The notes under the pieces were generated by a model. It did not search any database. It had not been told where the DNA came from and saw only the letters and a program-made list of their open reading frames with translations. Position numbers and translations under genes: made by a program. This document shows positions 40,422 through 51,606 of a DNA stretch of 64,000 nt, piece by piece. The stretch's first letter is position 1. Each line of letters begins with the position of its first letter. Origin of the DNA: Paecilomyces variotii (lineage: Eukaryota); the NCBI GenBank assembly GCA_004022145.1, contig RCNU01000002.1; one strand, 5' to 3'.

Positions 40422-40859
40422 TTAGACAGCCACTAGAGTGAGGCTGAGGACATGTATGAATTAAGAGATAGGCAGACTATTGCTCTGTCCAAATTCTCCT
40501 TTTTTTTTTCTTTTGGGTCTATTGGGCTAGATAGCATAGACCGTACAACTACACGAATCCGTCACGCTGTTGTATTAGACGATAATGAAACTGACCTTTG
40601 TTGGCTCTAATCTCATGATCTATTACTCATCACGGCTGCCCGTAGCGTACCAGTACAAGCCTTTGGCCGATATTGAATCCTCCGCTTTTACCATGCCCCG
40701 CGCTGGATAAGATGCGGAATGCTCCTGTGCGCCGCGATATGTATTCCATTCGTCTGCAAAGAAAGACAGACAAGAAGGCATCCAAAGAAGGCAGTAGGTA
40801 AATCATCAACTTATACCACAACCATCCCATGCGTACAGGAGATGGTAAGGTATATCTCA

Positions 40860-40867
40860 TGACGTCA
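40860..40867. promoter_or_regulatory. Perfect CRE palindrome (ATF/CREB bZIP site) upstream of the Fe-ADH gene
   Basis: TGACGTCA lies ~150 nt before the ATG at 41016. Confidence 0.4.
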
Positions 40868-41015
40868 GCTTTTATTATTTAGATAGCGATATGGAAGTGT
40901 ACACTTAGCGTTAGATAACTCGGTTCGATCTTGGAGAGCGCTTACTTACTCCTCATCATCCCACTTGATCAACAATCCATCTCTACGCACGAACGAAACA
41001 GACCAATCGCCCATC

Positions 41016-42287
41016 ATGTCTATCCCGTACCCCGAAAAGAAAACTGTCCCCCAGCTCCCCATTCCTTCACACAAAGACAAGCTAGTCACGTTGAACTCCA
41101 CCTACCTAGACGACATCCGCGCCGCCATCGAGGAGTGGAAGTGTGAGCGCGTCGTCCTCATCGTCAGCCGCTCTCTAGACCAAAACACCGATAAAGTCCA
41201 CAAGTTGGAAAATGCCCTCGGGTCCAAATTCTCCGGCAAGAAAGTAGGCGTGGGATCTCATTCTCCCTATCACGATGTCCTGGCGATCGCCAAACTGCTC
41301 CATGACAAAAATGCCGATTGCGTAATCTGCATCGGGAGCTCTTCGTACTCTGATGCGACGAAGATTGCAAGATTATTGCATGCTACTTTCCCACCAGAGC
41401 AGCTGACGGAAGAAGGCATGGAGTCTCTGATCGATCAGAACAAAGGATGGACTAGACCTGGAGTGTTTAACGCTCCCCAAACGAAACTCATCCTCGTGCC
41501 GTGCTCGCTGAGCGTTTCGGAATATAACCCCATCAGCAGTGCGACTAACCGAGATGGGAAGAAGCAGCACTTCAGCGAATTGCATTTCGTCCCTGCTGCG
41601 GCGGATCTGATTCTTCTCGATCCAGAGGTTGCGAGCACTGCACCGCCAGAGACGCTTTGGTTGCCTTCGGGTGCAAGGGCGGTGGATCACGCAGTTGAGG
41701 GGATCTGTTGCAACTTGACCGTGCCAGAGGGTGTTGAGTCGTCGATTAATGGCCTGAGAGCCATTATCCGCGGATTGAACGATTACAAGGCCGGCCTAGA
41801 TGCAAAGACGCCCTCAACGGACGAGAGCATGCTTAAAGCTATATCGGCCTGTCAGCAAGGCGCAAGAGACGCCATCAAAGGGCTTCTGGTCTATGAGAGC
41901 AAAGTCGGGCCATCGCACGCGATAGGCCACCAGCTCGGTAGTGTAGGTAAAGTGCCGCATGGGTTGACGAGTTGTATTTGTCTTCCCCCGACGCTGCGAT
42001 ACGAGAAAGAGCATCCGGAAAACAAGTACTTCCGTCTCGAAGGACAACAGACCGTTGTGGATGTGTTCAATGAGGAATTAGGATGGCAGGAAAAGGAAGC
42101 CGGTGATGCCGTTGAGAGGTTTTATAAATCCCTTGGTCTGCCTACGAGGTTGTCAGATGTTGGAGTCACGGATGATGCGGCTGTGCGGAAGATCGCAGAG
42201 AAGACGATGACTGATGTCTGGGGCGGTGGTCCAAGACAGATTGACGATCCGAAGGAGATCATGAAGATTCTTGAGACTGTGCGGTGA
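41016..42287 (+). CDS. Iron-containing alcohol dehydrogenase family protein (maleylacetate reductase/DHQS-like fold)
   Basis: Intronless. Motifs IGSSSYSDATK (a GGGS variant), LILLDPEV, DHAVEG and SHAIGHQLG...PHGLTSCI (metal-ligand His residues). Confidence 0.85.
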   Translation: MSIPYPEKKTVPQLPIPSHKDKLVTLNSTYLDDIRAAIEEWKCERVVLIVSRSLDQNTDKVHKLENALGSKFSGKKVGVGSHSPYHDVLAIAKLLHDKNADCVICIGSSSYSDATKIARLLHATFPPEQLTEEGMESLIDQNKGWTRPGVFNAPQTKLILVPCSLSVSEYNPISSATNRDGKKQHFSELHFVPAAADLILLDPEVASTAPPETLWLPSGARAVDHAVEGICCNLTVPEGVESSINGLRAIIRGLNDYKAGLDAKTPSTDESMLKAISACQQGARDAIKGLLVYESKVGPSHAIGHQLGSVGKVPHGLTSCICLPPTLRYEKEHPENKYFRLEGQQTVVDVFNEELGWQEKEAGDAVERFYKSLGLPTRLSDVGVTDDAAVRKIAEKTMTDVWGGGPRQIDDPKEIMKILETVR

Positions 42288-42498
42288 AAACTTTGTCGTT
42301 TCCATGGAGTACCTACTATATACGTTCGTTCACAAGTGGTTTGGAGAAGATATACGCAGCTCAATCGTTATCCTAATAGCAACACAAACGTTATGTTTCT
42401 GTATTCCGGCATGACTACTCTGTATATCTTGAGATCATGTATGTATCCCTCCCTAGTCGGTAATTCGGGGTAGTAACCACCAAGGACGGAGTATTCTA

Positions 42499-42642
42499 CC
42501 CCGGATCGGTGCCCAAATAGCCGATCTTTACCCCAGACTTTCATTCTATCCGCAATTAAGAAATCCGGGGTTTGCGGGGTAGCCAAGATGATCGTGGAAA
42601 CTTTCTAGTTTTATACTAGATCATCATGTCTCTACAGCGGGG
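42499..42642. promoter_or_regulatory. Cluster of SYGGRG (CreA/Mig1-type) sites upstream of the sugar permease
   Basis: CCCCGG 42499, CCCCAG 42531, CCGGGG 42565, GCGGGG 42574 and GCGGGG 42637, with a TATA-like element near 42716. Confidence 0.55.
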
Positions 42643-42837
42643 AAGAGCGGCTTCCGCCCGAATATGACGAGGGAGGAATTACAGTATTGCTAATGTAACG
42701 TGTGGAATGTCCTCTTATAAGATGCTCCGGCCGCGCTACTCCCGGATCTTCGAGTTCCCGGATTGGATCCTGGCTCTGGTGCTGCTTCTTTTATCCATTA
42801 TATTATCTCGCAGCACTATAGAAAAGAAGCTGCAACT

Positions 42838-44661
42838 ATGGGGGTAAAGAAGTTCCTCAAGAGTCGCTCAGGTCTGCGAGTGAACAATAACCAGGTCACC
42901 AATGCAGCAAGCCTTACCCTGAGAGAGAGCTTGTGGCCATTGACCATTGTGACTCTTCTGTTCTTCCTGTGGGTGAGTGCACGCGGCTAGGTACGATGTA
43001 AAGTGAAGAAAACACTGACAATGTCAAGGGATTCGCCTATGGTCTGCTGGACACGTTGAACAAGCACTTCCAGAGTACGTTGCACATCACCAGAACGCGC
43101 TCCTCTGGCCTCCAAGCTGCATATTTCGGGTATGTAACAACACCTCAAGAACATACGGATTCTTTCCGGCGACTAACAAGTGTGACAAGCGCTTACCCTC
43201 TCGCGTCTCTCGGATATGCGAACTTCATCCTCCGTCGCTTCGGTTACAAGGCCGTCTTCATATTCGGGCTCTGCCTCTATGGCATTGGAGCGCTTTGCAT
43301 GTGGCCCGCCGGTCTGCATCAATCCTTTGGTGGATTCTGCGGTGCTACATTCGTGATCGGATCCGGTCTGGGCTCCCTAGAAACTGCCGCGAACCCATAC
43401 CTTACTGGTGAGTCTATTTGCACTGGTATTTGACCCGTGAAGAAAAGGCAGCGTTCTCACAGACTCACCAGTCTGCGGTCCTCCCAAATACGCTGAGATC
43501 CGTATCAATTTCGCACAGGCGTTCAATGCCATCGGAACGGTCCTCGGCCCTGTGCTGGGCTCGTATGCCTTCTTCACCGAGACAAATGATAATGTAGAGG
43601 CATTGAAGCGTGTTCAGTGGGTTTATCTTGCCATAGGCATATTCGTCTTCTGCCTGGCTGGTGTGTTTTTCGTCTCGGAAATACCGGAAATCACAGATGA
43701 AGATATGGCTGTGCAGGAGACGGACGTTGAAGAGACGCAAAAGCCGTTTTGGAAACATTATGGTCTGTTCCATGGCGCCCTCGCCCAGTTTACGTACACT
43801 GGTGCTCAAGGTAATTGCCACTTGTCAGTGTGCTGTTGTTTTATGATTATCATTATGAGTATTATTTTTTTGGTGTCATTTCCCACTAACTTGACTGGAA
43901 TCCCATAGTTGCCATTGCGGGATACTTCATCAATTACGCAGTTGAAACACGACCGCACACGTCCAGCGCTACTGGAGCGAAGTTCCTCGCTGGAGCCCAG
44001 GGTTGTTTCGCAGTCGGCCGCTTCTCCGGATCATTGCTGATGAAGTACGTAACGCCTCGATGGGTGTTCCTTGTTTATATTTCCGGCGTGGTGGCCTTCC
44101 TCGCCGCATCTACTACTCAACGAGACAACACTGGCGTAGGTAAGTAATATCTCACACGCAAGGCTGAGCATCCGAGAATAAGACACTAAGTAAGGCTAAA
44201 CCAACACAGCAATGCTATTCCTGACCCTGTTCTTCGAATCAGTCTGTTTCCCGACAATAGTTGCGCTGGGAATTCGAGGTCTTGGAAAACACTACAAGCG
44301 CGGTTCAGGCTTGATCGTTGCTGGTACCTCCGGAGGTGCAGTCGTGCCCCCGATCCTGGGTCACGTCGCCGATATGCGTAACTCGACGGGCTTTGCTATG
44401 ATTGTGCCCACAATGGTATGTCCTATTTCTGACACACGAACCCCGGGCAGTCTTTGTCGAATACTGACTCATGTATCAAAGTTCATGGTTGTCGCTTGGA
44501 CATATGCCGTAGCAGTCAACTTCGTGCCTTCGTACCGCGACACAGTAGACAAGCTCGGGAGCAGCAGTGTTGGGTTGGAGAATAGTGGTTCCATCAAAGA
44601 TGAGGAGTTTGGGGTCGTCGAGAAAGAAGCAGAAGCGGAGGCTGTGCATATTGAGAAGTAG
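42838..44661 (+). CDS. MFS fucose/glucose-galactose permease (FucP family), multi-exon
   Basis: LFFLW|GFAYGLLDTLNKHFQ, LQAAYFG|AYPL, GLGSLETAANPY, RINFAQAFNAIG, QFTYTGAQ, FFESVCFPTIVALG, GGAVVPP. Confidence 0.9.
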
Positions 44662-45204
44662 ATTAGGGTTAGTTAATTTTGAGCTATTTCATAAACACGA
44701 GACGGCAATGAATCACCGCGGCGCCCTAGAGAATTGCAGCTCCTGCAAGAACACCACACCACACGGGTCTTCTTTTTATTTTGCAGTTCTACAGTACGAA
44801 GCTCTCAAATTTTCTCTTAGGTATAATAATGCGATACATCTCAATCGTGGAGATGCAGCCCATACTCAAGGCCATAGCACATCTAGCGCCCGACGCTGGG
44901 GGACGATCTTTAGTCCACATCATTCCAATAGTTCTATCCCTAGTTTCTAACTCAACCAATTCGGACATTATGCTGTTAGGCTATTGGCCAATACTTCATT
45001 TCATTGGAAAGCTTTTGCTCTCAAGCCGCAGAAGCTAAGATATTCAGCTACGCCTCTGTTTTGAAGAACGCCCTTCTCGGACTATGGCTGCATCAGGGGA
45101 TCCTTTAAAAATCATATATAATGAGGTCCTGAGATCTCTTCTGAGTCCTGACAGGACCTTCAACGCATCCAAGGGAGGAAAGGAAGACAGATAACATCTA
45201 CACG

Positions 45205-46004
45205 ATGGGTTCCCTAACTATCTTCCACCATGCAATCCTCCTCATAGGCCTGCTCTTGTCACCGGCAGTTTTCTCCTTCTCACTCGAAGGCCTTCCCAGA
45301 GAGGTATGTAACATTCAACATCAGGTACATAATCCTACGCATTGTCCCCATTCTAACAAAAAAAACCACCATAGGGCAATTGGGAAGTAAGATGCCCGAA
45401 TGCATGCGAAGGCATCACTTTCCAAAATGAAAGTTATGTCTGCGGCGACCCTCGACTTGGACCCGTCATTCTTCCCAAGAAGTTCCCTCTATCAACTGAA
45501 CTTCGGATGTACGCCCGTTTTGGAACCATCTGTCCCAAACAATTTCTAGAAAAATGGGCCCCTGGTCCCAGCGACGCTTGGTACACCTACCCACCCGCCA
45601 ATGGCTTTGTGATCGATACGGAAAACCAGCCGATTCTGGGTAACGCAACTCTGCCCGTTGGAGCAAAAGTTGACCGGTTCGGATCTGAGTATGGAAGCTT
45701 TTTGGCTCCGCTTGGAGCGCCATATATTCAGCGCGCTCTTCCACCGTCAAACCTCAATGCTGCCCCTGGTGCTGATTACCCGTACAACTACCATGTTTAT
45801 CAGGTCACGAAGGAATTTGTTGTTGGAATGGGTCCCATTGCACCGTGGTTCGAGCAGCCTGGGGCTGGAACGCAGTATGTGACGTACGATAAGGTCATTG
45901 ATTTGATCAATGGAGGTTTCCTGAGGAGGTTGACGGAGGATGAATATGATGAGAGACCTGAATATTCAGATGACTATACGCCTGGTCCGGGGAGTGCTCA
46001 ATAA
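45205..46004 (+). CDS. nadA: Secreted TNT-domain (tuberculosis necrotizing toxin-like) NAD(P) glycohydrolase, conidial NADase-like
   Basis: Signal peptide exon 45205-45303 and intron 45304-45374. Motifs YVCGDPRLGP, DRFGSEYGSFLAP.GAPYIQRALPPSNL, YHVYQV, GPIAPWFEQPGAGTQY, and an acidic tail DEYDERPEYSDDYTPGP. Confidence 0.88.
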
Positions 46005-47116
46005 AAAAATAGAAGGAAAAAAATGAATCGGTAGTGTATGCCTCAAATACTATAAAAAGGCGAGACTATGTCTCTGCAACCAGTCCTGAATTGTCGATAA
46101 TACCATTGCCGCCAGATAACAACGTAATGGTGCAAGAGTAGAGTAGGGGATATCTGTTTACTTTCAATACTAGCTTCTTACGACTGCTCGAGGCTGATAA
46201 GGCTGCTGCGTTGCCAGGTAAGAATGCACCTCAGGTTTCCTTGTAAAACCCTGCCTGCCAAAAGTAAGGTGAGGTTTCCGTAGCACATCGATTCCCTACA
46301 GGAGCGATAAATGTGCAAGCCTTTTTTTGAATCTCGTTTGACCAGCGACTAGCGAGTTGAGGTTGTTGTGCTGGGTTGATTTCCGGTTTAGGAAGTTAGG
46401 ATAGTGCAGTGGTTAGGCAACAACTTCGACTGTTCAGGGCCGTAGTCGGTCAATAAAATTTTTTTTGTTCTAGTTAGTTAGTGCTTAAAATCTTACTTTT
46501 CTACTTTAATCCAGGCTCACAGGCGCTATAACGGAGGAATCACTCAAGTTCGTAGCGATAATGTCAAGAGTCACATCAGTACTAAGTTTGCTACCGACCT
46601 CAACTAAGAGTCATCGAGCGCTTGTAACGTATGATTGATTGATCAAAACAATGTAGTATCACTAAGTATCTAATAAGAAAACATATGCTGTAGCCTTTCA
46701 TTATTATTATCCCCATTGAATCATTGCGGCCAAGACACGGTTTAATCTCTCTGGTTAGATACCCGCTAAAGCACAAATGGGGCGGCCGTGAGTCACCACA
46801 CGGACTGGCTATGTGACAGGTTTCAGAAACCAAATATTAAATAACAATCATAGGAGATCTGACACTATTATCCCTTCGCCAAACTGGAAAGCATGGAGTT
46901 GCCTAGGTAGTTTGGCAAGGGTATGTGGGAGTCATTGCTGCTGTATACGGAGCAGAACGCCATAAAAAGCAAGCAGAACCCGCATCGAGACCTATGTTTC
47001 TTGCAGATATCATCCCATAGCCAGTCCCATATTTGACACAAAAAAAAAAAACTACATATTCTTCTTTCCCAACACCTGTCAGACTACCATCTGACAATAA
47101 TAATACTTTACTCATC

Positions 47117-47815
47117 ATGCAACATCCACTACCGCCACCCACGCAGCGACTCACATTCGCGCACCTCGACCCTTCATCTACCAAACATTGCGAATTCCTC
47201 GTTTCACTCTACAACTCACCTCTCTACTTAGCGGCTTTAGGAAAGTCGCCCATATCCACACCCGAACAGGCAGCTGAGCTAATACGAAATCGCTTCGTGG
47301 ATGCATTCGAGCGCAATGGATATGGGCAGTGGATCGTGGTGTTGAAACCAGATGCTACATCTTCTTCTTCGTCTTCGTCTTCGTCTTCTTCTTCGTCTTC
47401 TTCTTCTTCTTCGAAGGAGGAGAGTTTGGCTGCTGGAACAAAAGGAGAAGGAGACCAAGGAGTGTTCATCGGCTGTATGGGGTTCTCGAAAAGAGACGCA
47501 GAGTTCTCTCCTTCTGCGCCAGACGTGGGGTTTGCTTTTCTACCAAAATATACGGGTAATGGATACGCTACGGAGGCGCTGCGAGGCTTGCTTGACTACG
47601 GGCAGAAGGAGCTTGGTCTAGATGTTATTTTCGGGTTCACGGATCCCGACAATGGGCCCAGTTGCAAATTGATGGCGCGGGCGGGCATGGAAGACAGAGG
47701 GGTTAGGAGGATGAAGTGTTTCGGTCCTGGTGAAGATGGGAATGGGAGAATGTCACGCGCGTTTGTGACCAAAGGAGCGTCAGAAGATCTGACAGTATAT
47801 AATATTGGGGCTTGA
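47117..47815 (+). CDS. GNAT acetyltransferase (RimJ/RimL, Acetyltransf_3-like) with a poly-Ser insert
   Basis: TQRLTF...FLVSLYNSP...PDVGFAFLPKYTGNGYATEA...DNGPSCKLMARAGM. Confidence 0.85.
   Translation: MQHPLPPPTQRLTFAHLDPSSTKHCEFLVSLYNSPLYLAALGKSPISTPEQAAELIRNRFVDAFERNGYGQWIVVLKPDATSSSSSSSSSSSSSSSSSSKEESLAAGTKGEGDQGVFIGCMGFSKRDAEFSPSAPDVGFAFLPKYTGNGYATEALRGLLDYGQKELGLDVIFGFTDPDNGPSCKLMARAGMEDRGVRRMKCFGPGEDGNGRMSRAFVTKGASEDLTVYNIGA
47360..47413 (+). repeat. (TCT/TCG)18 trinucleotide repeat encoding poly-Ser
   Basis: Directly visible in the sequence and in frame within the GNAT ORF. Confidence 0.95.
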
Positions 47816-48449
47816 TCCAGGATGTATCCCACTTTCCTTTCTTGACGGAGGAGAAAAGGAGGCTGGGTCAGCGACAGGATTATCTGAATGACACAGATTG
47901 AGGTAACGGTAAATTTTCGGGCGGACTCATGCACATGACGGCTTCAGTTTTTCGCAGGTATCTATCGAAAAGAATCTAATGTCGAAAGGTGCTGACACGT
48001 TTATTAGGAAAATGAAAGGTTGCATATCTCCAAGAAATGCGGGGTATATCTAAACGACGGTGTTCGGTCTGTCCTTGGCAGACATATCTTTTTTCAGTGA
48101 CCACTGCAGAACCAAATCAGGCAGTGGCTCAAAGAAGATAAAAGCAACAAAGGAGAAGGACAAAGATGAGAAGGCCAAGGACCATTGTGGGGGTTTGGAA
48201 AAACACAGTCTATCTTCAGGGCATGGTAGAGAACAAGGAAATGAAAAGTTATAGTAGTGAAATATGGACTCCGTTGACCTCCCAACTGGGCGGTCCATAT
48301 CAGCAAACAGTCATTATAGAAAGAACCCATGCCAAGTAGTTGCGATAGGGGGTATAAAAAAAGTCAAGTCCACTTTTCCAGACAAACTAGGTATGAATCC
48401 AGTTGGTAGTGTTGGCAGTATTCATCGTTCACCCAAAATTTATTTCTCC

Positions 48450-51400
48450 CTAAGCGCCCTCCGACGAAAGCTTGGTAGTTTCGCTCGCAGATTCAGCGGG
48501 CGTGCCTTGTCGACTCGCCGCGGGCGGGACTGTATCGGGGTCAGCCGTTTTAGGAGCTCCTAGAGAAGAGGTGCGTGGAGGGCGAACAGGGCTTGAATCC
48601 AAGTCAGGAGCCGGTGCAAGCACTGGCTTCGAGTCCTTTGCTTCCTGCTCCGCAGTGAGAGAAGCGTCCGGTTCTTTCCCCTTTCCCTCCTGGAGACTGG
48701 TGCTAATTTCCTCGCTTCTTCTGGCTGTATCAAAGCTAGTATCTCGCTCCGGGAGAGGACTGAAGGCATCCACTTCCTCTATTTCTTCATCCTCTATGTC
48801 TTCTTCTTCCTCAATGATCTGGCTCTTTCTGGCCCGGGGGCGTCCCAGACTATTACCGGCACCCTCAGAGCTCTGTTCGCCAGCAGGCAAGCCAGGGGTA
48901 CCCATCCCACTGGACGCGAAAAGGTTAGCAGTATGGATCATGGGGCCCTTGAATGCGGACCGTTTTCGTCGGGCAAAGACGAGACCAGATGAAGGAGACG
49001 ACACGAGAGAGGATGGCGCGGCCTCATTGAACACGGAGCGAATACCGCCAGACTGGTCGTTCACATCTCGTGCTCCATTATACGGACCCCGTACTAAGCG
49101 GATATTGCTGGGAAATCGGGCCACAGCATTTGGCGTTGTAGGAAGGACCTTGATCGAGGCGTGCGGAGACTTTGAGACCCTGGGTGCGGTGGGCGTGGAC
49201 ACAGTGTCGATGCTGTTGGAGGAAGCCGAAGAAGCCTTTGAATGCGTGTGAACATGGTGGAGACTGCGAACAGAGGAAATGGATGAACTTGTCGACTTGC
49301 GGCCGCGCAGGCCAGCAGAAGAACGGCGATATGAGCCCCGTGGGGTCAGAGGAGACGGCGAGAGTGAATTACGGTGGCGGGACGCGGCGCTGACGGCACG
49401 TTGAGCACGAGGGTAGGAATTACGATTATTAGCGTAAGATGCATTGCTAGGAGCAAGGCTGCTAGCATTAGATGCTCTCTTTTGAGTAGGGGTCTGTTGC
49501 TCGTCGAATTGACCCAGCGTCGGAGTGGTTATGACTTGTTTCTTTCCCGAATCCTGGGGTTTGGCGGGACTCGTCTTGTCGGCAAGCTTGCTGCTTCGCG
49601 GTGTCTTTGGATGAGGGGACCTAGCCCGTTTTGCCGACTCCACAAACCAATGCTTAAGGGATGCAAGCTGAGTGAGAATCGGATGGTTATGACGACGAGA
49701 GCTGGTAGGACGTCGCTTGAATATCCCATTATGTTGTGTCAGTTCTGGCTGGGAAGTGCTAACATGGAGTACGCTCGGCCGCGAACGTCTTCCCTCTTTT
49801 GGCGGCGGTACGGGACGCTGCCTTGAAGAACTCACGGAGCGGATAGAGTCTTTGTCAATAGGTGGCGGAGGCTTGGTCAAGTCTGGGGACTGTAGAGCAG
49901 CAAGAGTAGCAAGATCTGGGAGCTTCGGTACTTCAGGAAGCTCAGGGACAGTGAGCTGCGTTGCTATTGGGTGTCAGCCGGAGTTATAACCTTGGCGATG
50001 CCAGCGAGATACTTACATGGGAAGCTTCGCCTGTCTCTTCTCCCCCGCGTATGAAGGGTGTCTGTTGCAGCATGTCCCTCCTCATCCACTTCGACCAGAG
50101 CGGCGGATATCTTTTCCAGACGGCTACTGGCAGCGCTCAGCCGTCGCAAGTTCTTTGCTTCAGCTTCCCTTTCTCGTCGCTTTTGCTCCCTTCTCTTTTC
50201 TTTGCGTTCTTCTTTCTCAATCAAGAGCGCCCACCAACCCGCCAGAGCATCGCATCTTTGGGCTAGGACGTTTTCAATGACCTGATCGATATTCACCCCG
50301 GCACTTTTCATACGTTGCAAGGTAGTTTTCTCAATAGGAGTCGTAAAAGGAGATGGTCGGGGTATCTTCAGAATGGCTTGTTGTTCAGGCGCGAACTCAG
50401 CTAGGAACGGATCCGCAAGTATTTCTGAGAGAGATGGGCGTAGCAGAGGCCGTTTGGATAGTAACTTCAGGATCAACGCTTTCGCATCATCTGGAAACTT
50501 GTCGTTGAACCTGGGTTCTTCCGTAAGGATCTTTTGTTTCGTGACTTGGTCGTCGTCCTCATCGAAAGGCAGTTCGCCGGCCAGGAGAGCATAAAGTATG
50601 ATACCCAAACTCCATACGTCGACTTTCTCGCCAGCATACTTCTCGCCCTTCAGCATCTCAGGCGCGCTGTAGCAGATTGTACCGCAGAAGGTCTGAAGAT
50701 AACTCGCTTTACCCTCGTACTCTCTCGTGAAACCAAAGTCGCAAAGCTTGACATTTTCATGTTTGTCTAACAGAATGTTCTCCAGTTTGAGGTCCCGATG
50801 AACACATTGCTTACTATGCACGTAGCAGACAGCACCAACGAGCTGAGCAAAGATCCTCTGAACTTTCTCGACAGGAAGTGGGCCGTGGTTAAGCAGGTAG
50901 TTGTATAATTCGTCACCTGGTATACGCTATCAGCACTTGCGGTGCACATAGATGGAAAATAGCTCCCATACCTGGACAGTACTCCAATACCAACCATGCC
51001 AGCTTCTCTGTCACAATGACCTCGTAAAGTCGAGCGATATGCGGATGTAGGAATTGACGATGATGATGGATTTCGCGGGCAAGGTTTGCATCTTCTTTGT
51101 TCGACGATTTCAATACGACCTATTCACGCCATAAGCACCTATTATCGTACGACACCCTCGTCAACCAATATAAATACCTTCGAGCCATTCGTGAGTTTGT
51201 GCGTTGCCAGGTAGACCTTCCCAAAGGACCCTTTCCCAATCAGCCGGCCAAGCTGGTAATTTCCTACATTGCGAAGATCCTTCGACGAAAACTCTCTGCG
51301 AAAAAAAGGCACGAATTAGCATGTCGACCAACTGATCCATTTTGGCAACGGGTTCTTACTCTAGCAATTCACCGTAGGAGCTCGCAAGCTGTTGGAGCAC

Positions 51401-51606
51401 CAAGATGCCTTAAGTCAGCGAACCGTCTATTGCAGAGGCGTCTCACGCTCGTATCCAGAGGAATGAACTCGTAGTCGTGTCCTCGATCACGCTGAAGCGC
51501 AGAGCGCCCAGCAATGTGAGCAAGGGTTGTTTGCTCCCCGTGTGAGGTAACCACGAACCTTTTCTTTTTGAGACTGGATCTGGTTTCTTGTCCTAGCCGG
51601 CGGCAT
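48450..51606 (-). CDS. CAMK-like Ser/Thr protein kinase with a long Ser/Arg-rich tail, multi-exon
   Basis: MPPARTRNQIQSQKEK|LASSYGELLE|EFSSKDLRNVGNYQLGRLIGKGSFGKVYLA, HRDLKLEN, DFG, CGTICYSAPE, DVWSLG. Confidence 0.92.

Noticed and set aside
46100..46225. ATTCTTACCTGG on the minus strand resembling the U1 snRNA 5' end; nearby CTGATAAG resembling a hammerhead core
   Set aside because: U1 stem-loops and Sm site are absent, and there is no GAAA after the putative stem II.
45205..47815. NADase plus GNAT as a toxin-immunity or toxin-antitoxin pair
   Set aside because: The NADase is secreted and needs no cytosolic immunity protein. The genes are 1.1 kb apart, and the GNAT does not resemble a TNT immunity factor.
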